A stretch of DNA of 64,000 bases, taken from the IMG/VR virus record IMGVR_UViG_3300028840_008157; one strand, written 5' to 3'. The position numbers and the translations under genes were made by a program. The notes below the pieces were generated by a model that saw only the letters and a program-made list of their open reading frames with translations, was not told where the DNA came from and ran no database searches. Source of the DNA: a virus. Taxonomy: Duplodnaviria > Heunggongvirae > Uroviricota > Caudoviricetes. How positions within the stretch are numbered: position 1 is the stretch's first letter; each line of letters opens with the position of its first letter. Positions 17,427 to 27,900 of the stretch are shown here, piece by piece.

Positions 17427-19826
17427 TTATTTTGAGGCGACTACTGCCTTCTCCTCGGCGTCGATGATCCTGAGTACATACTCGATGAGCGGCTCCATCG
17501 AGACGAAGTCATGGTATTTCTTGTTAGCCAGCTCGTCCCCGTCGACGCTGACGTTCTTTCGGTAAAGGTACGCTCGTACCCCCATCATGCCGCCGAACAG
17601 CTTGAACTTCCGGATGAAGTTCTCCCGTTTCTGTTCGCGCATCTTGGCGGTAAGGGCCTTGAGTCGCTCGTGGGACTTGTTGAGGAAGACGACGAGCGTC
17701 TTCTTCCCGTCCTCGTCGGAGTTCATGAGGCGCGCTTCCATTCCGGCGCTGTCCGGATCGCGTCCCTCGAACATTTCTTCCCACGTCTTCTCGTTCTCGT
17801 CGCATCCGATGAGCTGGACGCCGATCATGAGGTCCTGCTGCTTGTCCGTGACGGTCTCCTGGACGGCCGCGACGACGCATTTCCTGGTGTCCGAGATCAG
17901 CACTTCCCCGGACGGGGAGAGTATATCGACGACGACGTCGAACGATTGCCCGACCATCTCGGCGGCCTTGTTCTCGTCGAGGTCTAGCATCCATCCCATG
18001 CGTCCGCCGCTCAGGGGGTACGTCGCCCTGACCTCGACCAAGCCCTCGGGGACCGATCGAATCCTGACGAGGTCGGAGCTCCAGAACTGCTCGTCGGCGT
18101 TGGTCTCGACCCGGATGGTGGAGGGCTTGAAGATGTAATGCTTGTAGCCGTCCTTGACGGGGGCGACGATGTTGCATGCCGTCACCTGCGGGAAGGGCAA
18201 CGTCGCGAGCGGCAGATGGGTTCGGGACGAGCGTTTTCCCTTCTTCGTCCGACGCTTTGGCTTCGGGGGGACGATCCTTACGGACCAGCCCTTGAACACC
18301 TCTCCGAGGCCCTTCTTGATCTCCTCGTCGTCGCCGGCCCATTTCGACAGCTCGCGCCTCGTCTCCTCGTCGGACTCGGAGATGCCGTCAAAAATCTCGT
18401 CCTCGAGCTCGACCTCGATCTCGGCGAGCGTCTCGTCGGCTTGCAGGTCCTCCCTGATGGTGTCCTTGATGTAGTCGAGGACTTCCCCCTGCTTGAGCTT
18501 CTCCCTGTCGGAGGTGAGGAGTTGTCCCCTCTCATGCCCGTTGAGACCGCTGCAATCGATGTTGATGACGATGTGCTTCCTGGTCATCGTCAGGCCGGCC
18601 TCGGCGATGAGCTCGGGGCCGAGGGAGCCATGGCATTGTCCGTTGTTGGTGAATATGATCGGCTGGTTGGCGCGGGCGGTCCCGAGGAAGACCTCGCTGC
18701 CGTTGCGCCGATCCAGGCGTCCCTTCTTCTTGTTCAACTTCAGGGCGTAGGCGACCCAAAGCTCGACCTTGACGGCGTTGTCGAAACCCTTCGGCTTGAT
18801 CATGAACGGCGCTCGGCGGTAGCGCATGGACGTCCTGCCCTGGACGTCCTCTTCCTCTGACTTCCTGGACAACTTCTCCAGGCGTCGTCTCGACCCGAGG
18901 ACGCGTTCCTTCTTGACGACGTCGCCCCTGAGGTCGACGCAGCGGATGGGCAGGATGGAGTCGAACAACAGGACGTTCATGGTGTCCCATAGGGAATCGC
19001 GGGTAAAGAACAGGCTCTTGATGCCGGCCAAGGAGAACCCGAAATGACGGCATAGCGTCCCGTTCTTGATCTTGTCCGGGATGGAGGTCGAGGTCATGAC
19101 GGAGGCGTACTCGGGATAGAAGTTCACCTCGCGAGCCTCTACGAACGGCACGTTCCCGTTCTCGTCGACAAGGTAGAGGTAGGCGGGCATTTTCTCGTTC
19201 AAGACGCCAGCCTTCCGGCAGATGGTGAACGCAATCCGGTCGTCACCGATCTTCTTGCTGACGAGCAGGACGTACTTGGAGAAGGAGAGGGATACGGATC
19301 CACCTTGACCGAACGTCCCGACGAGCCACGGTTTCGCTCCCTTGTTCCTGCCGTGGAGCGAAACCAGGGTCTTTGAGAACTCCTCGACGCCCACGCCGGT
19401 CCCCACGTCAAGGACGTCGACGCGGCCCCTCTTTTTCTCCGTCTCCTCGGGGCCAAGTACGATCCATACGGAAGGCGCGGCGGGAACCCACTCCTCTCCC
19501 TCGTCGCGCCCGAACAGGGCTTCCGCCGCCTCGAAGGGGCAGGAGAATTGACTCGGGTCGACTCCCTGCTCTATGAGGGCGGCCTCGATCATCGCGTCGA
19601 AGCTATTGGTCGTACGCTCGGCCAGGGCGTTGCCGGGCGAGCTTCCGAGGTCGATCAGCCCAGGGTTGGCGAGGTCGTCGCCGTACGGAATCCATCGGTA
19701 CCCCGAAGACATCGGCTTCGAGAGGTCGACGATGGTTCCGGTGCCCCCGATCTCCTCGAGGACCTTCTCGACGTCCCCGGAATCCTTGGACTTCATCAGT
19801 TTTCGGTACAGTTCGTTGAAGTTCAT
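17427..19826 (-). CDS. GHKL (HATPase_c/MORC-like) ATPase
   Basis: AERTTNSFDA (N box), DVGTG (G1), GTFGQG (G2); GGAGGA before the ATG at 19826. Confidence 0.7.
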   Translation of the reverse strand: MNFNELYRKLMKSKDSGDVEKVLEEIGGTGTIVDLSKPMSSGYRWIPYGDDLANPGLIDLGSSPGNALAERTTNSFDAMIEAALIEQGVDPSQFSCPFEAAEALFGRDEGEEWVPAAPSVWIVLGPEETEKKRGRVDVLDVGTGVGVEEFSKTLVSLHGRNKGAKPWLVGTFGQGGSVSLSFSKYVLLVSKKIGDDRIAFTICRKAGVLNEKMPAYLYLVDENGNVPFVEAREVNFYPEYASVMTSTSIPDKIKNGTLCRHFGFSLAGIKSLFFTRDSLWDTMNVLLFDSILPIRCVDLRGDVVKKERVLGSRRRLEKLSRKSEEEDVQGRTSMRYRRAPFMIKPKGFDNAVKVELWVAYALKLNKKKGRLDRRNGSEVFLGTARANQPIIFTNNGQCHGSLGPELIAEAGLTMTRKHIVINIDCSGLNGHERGQLLTSDREKLKQGEVLDYIKDTIREDLQADETLAEIEVELEDEIFDGISESDEETRRELSKWAGDDEEIKKGLGEVFKGWSVRIVPPKPKRRTKKGKRSSRTHLPLATLPFPQVTACNIVAPVKDGYKHYIFKPSTIRVETNADEQFWSSDLVRIRSVPEGLVEVRATYPLSGGRMGWMLDLDENKAAEMVGQSFDVVVDILSPSGEVLISDTRKCVVAAVQETVTDKQQDLMIGVQLIGCDENEKTWEEMFEGRDPDSAGMEARLMNSDEDGKKTLVVFLNKSHERLKALTAKMREQKRENFIRKFKLFGGMMGVRAYLYRKNVSVDGDELANKKYHDFVSMEPLIEYVLRIIDAEEKAVVASK

Positions 19827-19851
19827 GACTTCCTCCGCTCTTCCACCCCAC

Positions 19852-20553
19852 TCAATCGAACAATTCCTTGTCCAACGACTGGTCGTACAGGTCCTCATGT
19901 TTTACGCCGTAGAACTCGAGTGCCTGACGAAGCAAATCGTGGTATTTCTCGCGATTTTTCGTCGGCATCTCGAAGTACATCTGCGCCTGGGAGTGTTTGA
20001 ATCCCCTGCGCTTGGTTTTCGGGTCGGCCGCCCCGATGTTTGATAGCCTCAGGTAGACGCTCTGTGGGGTTCGTCCTATGGTACTGGCCACGCTCATGAT
20101 GCGAGGATGATTGAAATGTCGGTTTGGTGGATACGGCCCGTCGAACGCCGCGTACAGCTCCCTGCAAAGTATCCACTCGTGGGTCGTCCATCTCCTTCGC
20201 TCGGGGTTCGCCTTGCGCCATTTGTTGATGACGCGGTAGGCGTTCATCCCTCGGCAAGGCTTGAGCCCGAACTGCTTCTCGATTTCCTTGTAGCTCTTCT
20301 TCTCCTCGTTGTACGCCTTGGCCATCGCCTCTTGCTCGTTCGGGTCGGTGACCTGGCTGGAGGTTCTCAGGTTCGAGACCGTGGCATTCGGTGCCTGGTC
20401 TTCGCGTCCCGACTTGTCGAAGATGATGGAGACGGATTTCTCGTCGATCTTCTCCAGCGAGAACTCCACGCCTGCGGCCTGCAACGACCCGACCAGGGTC
20501 GCGAATGACATCGGCTCTTTCGCGATGTCGAAGACCATCTTCCCGTTACCCAT
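19852..20553 (-). CDS. Putative DNA-binding protein; C-terminal part resembles the N-terminal helical domain of HNH restriction endonucleases
   Basis: WT..E.IL..ELY..GRTPQSV.LRLSNI...DP motif; no HNH motif; AAGGAG RBS. Confidence 0.55.
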   Translation of the reverse strand: MGNGKMVFDIAKEPMSFATLVGSLQAAGVEFSLEKIDEKSVSIIFDKSGREDQAPNATVSNLRTSSQVTDPNEQEAMAKAYNEEKKSYKEIEKQFGLKPCRGMNAYRVINKWRKANPERRRWTTHEWILCRELYAAFDGPYPPNRHFNHPRIMSVASTIGRTPQSVYLRLSNIGAADPKTKRRGFKHSQAQMYFEMPTKNREKYHDLLRQALEFYGVKHEDLYDQSLDKELFD

Positions 20554-20601
20554 GGTTCTCTCCTTCTATTATGGCAATTCCTCGTCCCTTGTTCTTAAAA
20601 T

Positions 20602-20629
20602 AATCTAACTTCATTATCAGAAAAGTCAA
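20602..20629 (-). promoter_or_regulatory. Sigma70-like promoter
   Basis: TTGACT-N16-TAGATT in the most AT-rich gap (20554-20745), upstream of 20553. Confidence 0.55.
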
Positions 20630-20745
20630 GCGGGGAAGATTAAGGTTCAAAAAACGACTCTAAAACATAATACGCAAAGGATTTAACTGCGTTTTGGATG
20701 TCCTATTTACGGTAGGATGCGAGAATTTTTTCTCAAATTGGTAAC

Positions 20746-23076
20746 TCATTTCTCGCCCTTCATCAACGCCTGGTCCCTGCGGTCCAGCTCGCGCAGCTTG
20801 GTCCACTTCTCGACGGCCTTCTCGCCCGACGTCTTGAGGTCCTCGGGGAGAGGATCAGCGTGGCGGCACTTCGGGAACCCGCTGCATGAGACGAAGGGCT
20901 TCGGCTTCGGGTTCTTTCCTCTGGCCGAAACCCTGACGACGAGGGGCTTCTTGCATTTCGGGCAGCTCAACGTCGTCGGCTCGGGGACGAGCTTGCGCTT
21001 CGGCGCTCCGTACTTGGTCAGCGACATCGTGAACTTGCATCCCTCGGAGGAGCACTTCAGGTACTCGCCGAATCGACCCCTTGCCTTCATCATCTTCGAC
21101 CCGCAGTCGTCGCAGGCGATGGGAAGCAGGTCGTCCTCGGGATCCTTGGGGTTCCCGTCCTCGTCCAAGTCGAGCTTTGACTTGCATTTAGGACAAGCCA
21201 GAAATTCCCCATAACGTCCCAAAAACTTCGTCATCTTCTCGGAGCACTTCGGGCACTCATGATTCGTCGGTTCGCCGCCCTTCTTGGTTGGCATCGCCTT
21301 GTCGGCCTCCCCGAGCTCGTCCATGAACTCCTTGTAGAAATCCTTCAACACCTTGACGTGCCCGACCTTGCCTTCCTCGACTTCGTCGAGCCTTTCTTCC
21401 ATGTCCCTCGTGAACCCGACATCCATGATGGAAGGCAAGTGCCCGATCAACGAGTCCGTTACCAATATCCCCAACGTCGTCGCCTTGAACGGCGCCCTTC
21501 CGCCTGTCCCGACCTTCTGGACGTAGCCCCTCTCCTGGATCACGGAGATGATCGAGGCGTAGGTGCTAGGGCGTCCGATCCCTTCCTTTTCCATGAGCTT
21601 GACGAGGGACGCGTCCGTGAACCTCGGCGGAGGTTCCGTGACGTGCTTGGACGGGGTCGCCGTCGCCATCTTGACGGGCTGCCCGACGATCATTTCCGGT
21701 AGCGATCCGTTTTCGTTGCCATCTCGCTCGTAAACCTCGGTCCATCCGGCGAACGACAGGGTTCTGCCCGTCGCCCGGAAGGTCATGGCTCCCTTCGGTT
21801 GTCCCTTAGGCTCGATCTCGCAGGACACGGCGTCGTAGATCGCCGGGGCCATTTGCGAGGCGACGAATCTCTGCCAGATCAGCGTGTACAATTTCAACTG
21901 CTCCGGGTTCAGGACTCCCCTCGCGTCGTCGGGCGTGAAGCCGACGTCCGTTGGCCTGACGCATTCGTGAGCCTGCTGGGCGCCCTTCTTGGAGGCGTAG
22001 TAGTTGGGTTTGTCCGGGTAATGATCCTCCCCGTACTTGCCATTGATGAAGTCCCTGGCCTCCTCCTGGGCATCCTTGCTGACGTGGAAGCTGTCCGTCC
22101 TCATGTACGTGATGAGCCCGTGATCAGACCCACCGACGCCCTCGTAGAGCTGCTGCGCGATCCTCATGGTTCTTTTCGTGTCGAACCCGAGACGGACGGC
22201 GGCGGCTGCTTGCAAGTTGGACGTGGAGAAGGGCGGGTAAGGTCGCTCCTTGACCTGCTTCTTGTCGTAGGCGACCACGACGTACTCGTCGAACGACAAC
22301 GCCTTGTCGGACGTCTCCTTGGCCCTCGTCTCGTCGGGCAGGTATACGTACTTGGCGGGCTTGGAGTCATGCTTCTCCAGGTCGGCGGCCGAGCAGACGA
22401 CCTTCTTCTCGTCCATGACCTTGAGCTGCGCTCCGAATCCGTCCCCCTCGTCGAAGGTCGCCTCGACGGTATGGTACTCCCTCGGGACGAACGCCTCGAT
22501 CTCCTTCTCCCTCTCGCTGACGAGGCGTACCGCGACCGACTGGACCCGGCCAGCCGAGAGCCCGCGCTTGATCTTCTTCCAGAGCAACGGCGATACCTTG
22601 TACCCCACGATCCGGTCGAGGATGCGTCGCGCCTGCTGCGAGTTGACGAGGTTCATGTCCACGTCTCGCGGATGCCTGAACGCCTCCGCGATGGCTCTCG
22701 GGGTGATCTCGTTGTAGGTGACCCTGGCGAAGTCCGACGTCGTTCTCCCGGGAAGCATGAGCTCGCGCAGGTGGAACGCGATGGCCTCGCCCTCCCTGTC
22801 CGGGTCGGGGCATAGGAATATCTTCTCGACGCGCTTGGACTGGTTGACGAGGTCCTTGACCGTCTTGGCCTTCTTGGACAACACCTCGTAGGTCGGCTCG
22901 AAGTCGGCGGGGATGTCCACGCCGGACATGGAATGCTTGCCCTTGCCGATCTTGGATGACGCCAGGTCGCGGACATGTCCCATGGAGGCTACGACGACGT
23001 AGTCCCGGCCCAGTATCCTCTGGATGGTCTTGGCCTTGGCGGGGCTCTCAACGACGACAAGGTATCGAGCAGCCAT
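20746..23076 (-). CDS. topA: DNA topoisomerase I (type IA)
   Basis: VVESPAKAKTI, SMGHVRDL, DPDREGEAI, SAGRVQS, ITYMRTD (catalytic Tyr), AHECVRPT, GIGRPSTY; C-terminal zinc ribbons; GGAGGG RBS. Confidence 0.95.
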   Translation of the reverse strand: MAARYLVVVESPAKAKTIQRILGRDYVVVASMGHVRDLASSKIGKGKHSMSGVDIPADFEPTYEVLSKKAKTVKDLVNQSKRVEKIFLCPDPDREGEAIAFHLRELMLPGRTTSDFARVTYNEITPRAIAEAFRHPRDVDMNLVNSQQARRILDRIVGYKVSPLLWKKIKRGLSAGRVQSVAVRLVSEREKEIEAFVPREYHTVEATFDEGDGFGAQLKVMDEKKVVCSAADLEKHDSKPAKYVYLPDETRAKETSDKALSFDEYVVVAYDKKQVKERPYPPFSTSNLQAAAAVRLGFDTKRTMRIAQQLYEGVGGSDHGLITYMRTDSFHVSKDAQEEARDFINGKYGEDHYPDKPNYYASKKGAQQAHECVRPTDVGFTPDDARGVLNPEQLKLYTLIWQRFVASQMAPAIYDAVSCEIEPKGQPKGAMTFRATGRTLSFAGWTEVYERDGNENGSLPEMIVGQPVKMATATPSKHVTEPPPRFTDASLVKLMEKEGIGRPSTYASIISVIQERGYVQKVGTGGRAPFKATTLGILVTDSLIGHLPSIMDVGFTRDMEERLDEVEEGKVGHVKVLKDFYKEFMDELGEADKAMPTKKGGEPTNHECPKCSEKMTKFLGRYGEFLACPKCKSKLDLDEDGNPKDPEDDLLPIACDDCGSKMMKARGRFGEYLKCSSEGCKFTMSLTKYGAPKRKLVPEPTTLSCPKCKKPLVVRVSARGKNPKPKPFVSCSGFPKCRHADPLPEDLKTSGEKAVEKWTKLRELDRRDQALMKGEK

Positions 23077-23211
23077 GTTTCCCTCCGTTCGCTCCCCAAC
23101 GGCGGGCCTACTTTTCACCGTTCGCCCCAAATGGACGCGGCGCGGGATGAACCCGCGCCGCTAGGCTCAGGGGAGGGGGCAGAATCCCCTAAACCCTTGG
23201 TGAGACGACCT

Positions 23212-23967
23212 TTAGACTTTTACGTAGACGCCCCTCGACTTGCGCTTGATGACGCCTTTCTTGGCCATCGTCGTCGCGCAGGCGGTGACGCTGTTCCAGC
23301 GGCTTCCCGTCGCCGTCTTGACCTTCTTGAGCTTGAAGGTCTTGTTCGGAGGCATCGCCTCGATGTACGCTTTCGGGCTCATCTTGGACGTCGCCGAGGT
23401 CACCTTCCGGCGTCGGCGTCGGCGCTTGCGCGGCTTCAGAGACGCGAGCTCCTCGGCCGCCCTCATGGACGTCGAGGCTTTCCCGAGGACGCGGTATATG
23501 GCCGGTCCGATCCGCTCCAGGAGACCCTTCTTGGCGAGCCCCTTGCAGAACTCGTACATGTTCGCCGGCTTGATCTCGGCGCGCTTGCAGATGGAAAGGG
23601 CCGTCACCTTGGTCCCCGTCGGGAGTCCCGAAAGGAACTGCTTGGCCTTCTGGCCCATGATGCCCCTCTTCAAGGGAATTTCCTTCCCCGAGATGGTGCC
23701 GATCCGCTCGACCTTCTCGTCGCTGTCCGAGACTTGGTCGAAGGACTTCAGGAAGGACAGGATCGCCGTCCTGTCTTCCAGCGACAGCTTCATCATGCTG
23801 TCCATGGCCTGGGAGATCGCCTCGACGGATCCAGGAGCCTTCAAGGCGTTCATGATCTCCGGTTTGTCGACGGCGCAGGAAAGGAGCTTGATCAACCCGC
23901 TCCTCGTCTCCCGCGGGGTTCCCAGAACCCCGTCGATGGCTTGCAGAACGCATTTCGTTTCGTTCAT
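23212..23967 (-). CDS. Hypothetical basic protein, possibly winged-helix DNA-binding
   Basis: 251 aa; two 'KKG..R...G/A.Y.V' wing-like ends; AAGGAG RBS. Confidence 0.6.
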   Translation of the reverse strand: MNETKCVLQAIDGVLGTPRETRSGLIKLLSCAVDKPEIMNALKAPGSVEAISQAMDSMMKLSLEDRTAILSFLKSFDQVSDSDEKVERIGTISGKEIPLKRGIMGQKAKQFLSGLPTGTKVTALSICKRAEIKPANMYEFCKGLAKKGLLERIGPAIYRVLGKASTSMRAAEELASLKPRKRRRRRRKVTSATSKMSPKAYIEAMPPNKTFKLKKVKTATGSRWNSVTACATTMAKKGVIKRKSRGVYVKV

Positions 23968-24033
23968 CCCTTTTTCTCCTTCCGGTATCCCCGGACTCTT
24001 GGTTTCCGGAAGGAAGCATACCAGACGACACGA

Positions 24034-24600
24034 TTATTGCAAGGGCAAAAATTTGTGGATTAGGTGGCGAACGTGGGTGAACTTGTCCCCCCTGAAGGAA
24101 TGCATCCCGTTCCACGGCTGGGGGAAGAGGATCGTCTTGGCGTTCGGGCACGCCTTCTTGAACTTCTCGATGTTCTTGTCGCTGTCGTCGATCAGGAGGC
24201 TGTCCTCGTTGGCGAAGGCGTCCTTGCGCGGGCTCATGATGAAGTCGCGGAACTTGTCGTCCCCGGTGAACTCGTAGAGCCAGCGGAGCTTCCCGGAGAG
24301 GCAGCCCGGGTCGAGGGTCGGCTGCGTCAGGACGATCACGTCGCCCTGCGTCTTGAGCCAGTCGTACATGTCCCTGGCCCACGGATAGGGCTTGAGGCCG
24401 GCCCATAATTCCTCGCCTTCCTCCTCTACTTTTCCCCAAAGCTTCTCGGGGGACACGCCGAGCTCCGGGCAGATGTCGTAGTTTCCGGGCTTCCAGTTGT
24501 TCTGCGTCCTGATCGGGTCCTTTCCGAACAGCTCGCAGACGCAGGCAACGAAATCAGCGAGGACGCCGTCCATGTCAACCAGTATGATCATGTTGTTCAC
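24034..24600 (-). CDS. 5'(3')-deoxyribonucleotidase (NT5C, HAD family)
   Basis: DMDGVLADF, K..WL, LLIDD and PWN motifs. Confidence 0.85.
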   Translation of the reverse strand: MNNMIILVDMDGVLADFVACVCELFGKDPIRTQNNWKPGNYDICPELGVSPEKLWGKVEEEGEELWAGLKPYPWARDMYDWLKTQGDVIVLTQPTLDPGCLSGKLRWLYEFTGDDKFRDFIMSPRKDAFANEDSLLIDDSDKNIEKFKKACPNAKTILFPQPWNGMHSFRGDKFTHVRHLIHKFLPLQ

Positions 24601-24781
24601 CTATGCCCAGTTTGTGTTTATTCATCTTTGCCCAAAGTCTGCCTTCGATCATCCTGGCGTACCTCTCGACGGCGCCCCCGTGATGCGTGAGCCGGAACGG
24701 AAGACTGCGCCAAATCCCCCCCATGCGATTCAGGGATGGAAGGTCTTGGTATAGGGCCCACAGGTCTATTGATCGCCTCAT
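24575..24781 (-). CDS. Small hypothetical protein
   Basis: ATG overlaps the upstream TGA (ATGA coupling) and fills the gap. Confidence 0.35.
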   Translation of the reverse strand: MRRSIDLWALYQDLPSLNRMGGIWRSLPFRLTHHGGAVERYARMIEGRLWAKMNKHKLGIGEQHDHTG

Positions 24782-24966
24782 GTTATCTTTCTCCTGCGCC
24801 CTCGATTATCATCGAGACGCCCGCGATGCTCGTCGAGCAGCCACATCAATTCCCTGTCGGGCCTACGCCCCCACGGCGAAAGATCGAACCACGGGGCTTC
24901 TACGGACGCGACGTAGTTGAGCTCGGGAAACATGACGAGCATCTTCCTCAGGACGTTGTCTCTCAT
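24778..24966 (-). CDS. Small hypothetical protein
   Basis: ATG at 24966 overlaps the stop of the SbcDC gene. Confidence 0.45.
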   Translation of the reverse strand: MRDNVLRKMLVMFPELNYVASVEAPWFDLSPWGRRPDRELMWLLDEHRGRLDDNRGRRRKIT

Positions 24967-27900
24967 TGCCCCATCCTTACCCTGTGGATGATCTCCCCGA
25001 GGACGCGCGTGTGATGGGAGATGACGATGACCTGGTTGAAACACTTCAGCGTCCTCAGCATCCGGATCGTCGTCTCGGCGTTCTCGTCGTCCATGTGATC
25101 CGTGGCCTCGTCCATGACGAGGACCTTCAAGCCCTTGCCCGTCCGCTCGGCCTGCAAGGTCGCGAAGGCCACGCGGACGATGCCCTTCAGAATCTTCTTC
25201 TCACCCCCCGAGTACGTGGAGATGTCGCGCTCCCCGAACCCCGAGTCGATCAGGATGTCGATGGCCTCGTGGACGGTTCCAGATTTGGTGGCGCGCTGGC
25301 TGTTTACCCGGATGGCCCATCCCTTGCCGAACCCGGACAACATTTCGGCCATGATTTCCTGGAACCTCGGCAGCACGCCGTCGACGATGAGTTGCGGGAT
25401 GCCGTCGCGACCGAAGGCGGCGAAGAGGGCCGACATGACCTCGGCCCTTTCCTCGTGGTCCTTCTTCTTCGCCGATATCTCTGAGATTTGACCCCGTTTC
25501 CGCGCGTTCTCCTCGACCCGCGCCTCCCACTGCCCGACGAGCTTGTTCGCTTCCGAGAGCTCGCTCGTCTTCCTCTCCACCTCCTCCGAGAGCGTCTTCA
25601 CCAAGGCGATGGACGTGGAGTCATCGACCCTGTCCGGTATCTTGATGTCCCCGATCAGCTTGCTGAGCTCGTCGAACTTTCCCTTCAGCTCCGCGATCTC
25701 GGAGGTCATCGCGGCGACGTCTTCCTTGGCCTTCTCTGCCTTGGCCAGCTCGACCTCCATATCGGCGAGGCTTGAGCAACGCTTCTTGAGCTCCTCCATG
25801 GACTCGAGGAGCCCCTCCGGAGGGGATGGAATGCCCTTCTCCTTCTTGTCCGCGTCGGCCCGGATGGCCTCGATCTCCTTGACGACCTCGGGCTGCCAAC
25901 CCTCGATGGGGGGAGCCTTGACGAGGGCGTCGGATATTCTCTCCGTCTCCTCGTCGTAGGAGGAGATTTGGTCGTCGGCCTGCGACAGGATCGCCTCGCC
26001 CCTCGGGATCGCCCTCTCGAAGTCGTCGATCCTCGAGCGGCTCTCCAGGCCGTCCTTGGCGAAGGAGCAAGTCTTGCATATCTCGGCGTCCGGAAATCCC
26101 TCGAGCAGCTCGACCTTCTTCCTAGCCTCCGCGAGTCGCCCCTTGAGCTTCTCCATCTTGACCACGGTATCCTGGCGCATGTCCTCGAGCTTCTTGCGTC
26201 CGATGGCGCGCTCCTTCCGGGACTCCTCGGACTTGGACAGCGCCTGTGACGCGGCCTCGGCGTGCGCCAGCTTCCTGGCGTCCTCCATCCGATCGGCGTT
26301 GGCCCTGATCTTCTCGATCTCCGCGAGCCTTGATTGCCTGAGCGCGTTGTACTTCTCGACCTCCGCCTCCGCCTTGGCCAGGTCGGTTTCCGCCTTCCTG
26401 GCCTCCTTCACCCGCTCGGAGAGGATCGACGGGTCGACCTCCTGCAAGGCGTCCCTCTTCGCCTTCAGGTCGCGAGCCTTGGAGGTGACCTCGTCCCTCT
26501 TGGACTCGAGGCTCGCCTTCTCCTTGATGGCCTCGGTCCTCTCCTTGTTCAACGCCTCGATGTCGGCCAAGCCCTCCTTCGCGGAATCCAGCGATGACTT
26601 GGCCTTCTCGATTTCGCCCTTGATCCGCTTTTCGTCGCCCTTGGCCTTGTCCAACTCGCTCGCGTCCTCCTCCTCTGAGGACAACCCCTCCTCGAGCCGA
26701 CGAATCGTCTCCGCCGAACTCTGGGCGGCCGCCTCGGAGGCTTGCGCCCTCTTCTTGGCGAGGACGGACATCTCGATCAGGCGATGCGTCCCGAGCAGCT
26801 TGGCGAACAACTCCTTCCTCTCCGCCGCGCCCACGTCCACGAGACCGCAGGCCATGTTGCCCTTCTGGCTGGCGTCCTCCTGGGAAGAGAATATGCCCGA
26901 CATGACCATCCGGACGTCCCCGACGAGTGCCGCGCACCTGGATTCCACCTCCTCGACCTTGGGGCCGGCGATGGTTTCTCCGTCCTCGTCCTTCAGGAAC
27001 GCCTTGGTCGAGGACGACTTCGGCGTGACCTTGATCTCGCGTATGGCCACGTACTTCTTGCCGCCGCTGCTGAAGGCGACCTCGATCCTGCCGTCCGACT
27101 TGCCCTGCGAGACCAGGGACGCCACGGAGCGCGTCGGCGACCTGCCGTACAGCGCGACCAGCGGGGCCTCGACGACGGTCGTCTTGCCCGAACCGTTCGG
27201 CCCCTCGATGGCCGTTATCCCGGCGGGGAGCTCGAGCTCCAGATGATCATGGCAGGTGATGTTGTCCAGTATTATCGAGTCGATGGAATCAAGCGACCCT
27301 ATGGCGTCCCCGTAAGCCCCGAGCTCGGACCGGAGCGACTCCTCGCCCTCGCATAGCTTTTCTATCGGCACCTCGCATTTGGAGGACTTCCGCCATGCCT
27401 CGATCAGCGTCTTCATGGGGTCGTCGGCGGAAAGGTCGTTGGCGACCCTTCTCTCGCGATTGACGACGACCTTCTCGAAGACGACACCATCGGGCAATAT
27501 CTCCGGTCGGTCCTCGCATCGCAGCTTGACGTAGTCGTTGTCTCGCCTGGACAAGTCCTCCAGCGTGTCCACCGTCAGGTACTTCGGTGAGTTCTTGTTC
27601 TCGAGCCACGTGTCCGAGACGACCTCCTGCCCGTCGACCTCTAGGAGCCGGCAACCGGACCAGTTTCCCTCCTCGCCAAACGACAACTGGCAAAGCGTCC
27701 CCAGGTAACCGTCGTTGGCCCGGGGCAGGCCGGGAATGGGTTGACGGCCGTGTATGTGCCCCAGGCCATAGACGGAAGCCCCTATGGACGCGAGCGTCGG
27801 AGGATCGAACTCGAATGGCCCATTAGCCTGTACCTGGCCGTTGTTTAGGATGGCCCCGGTAACCTCGAGATGTCCCAGGAAGAAGACGAAATCGCCCTCG

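Noticed and set aside
24001-24020. TCCGGAAGGAAGCA resembles the SRP (4.5S) RNA domain IV motif
   Set aside because: It lacks the preceding CAGG internal-loop strand and the long flanking helix, the gap is too short, and the RBS-pairing hairpin on the other strand explains it better
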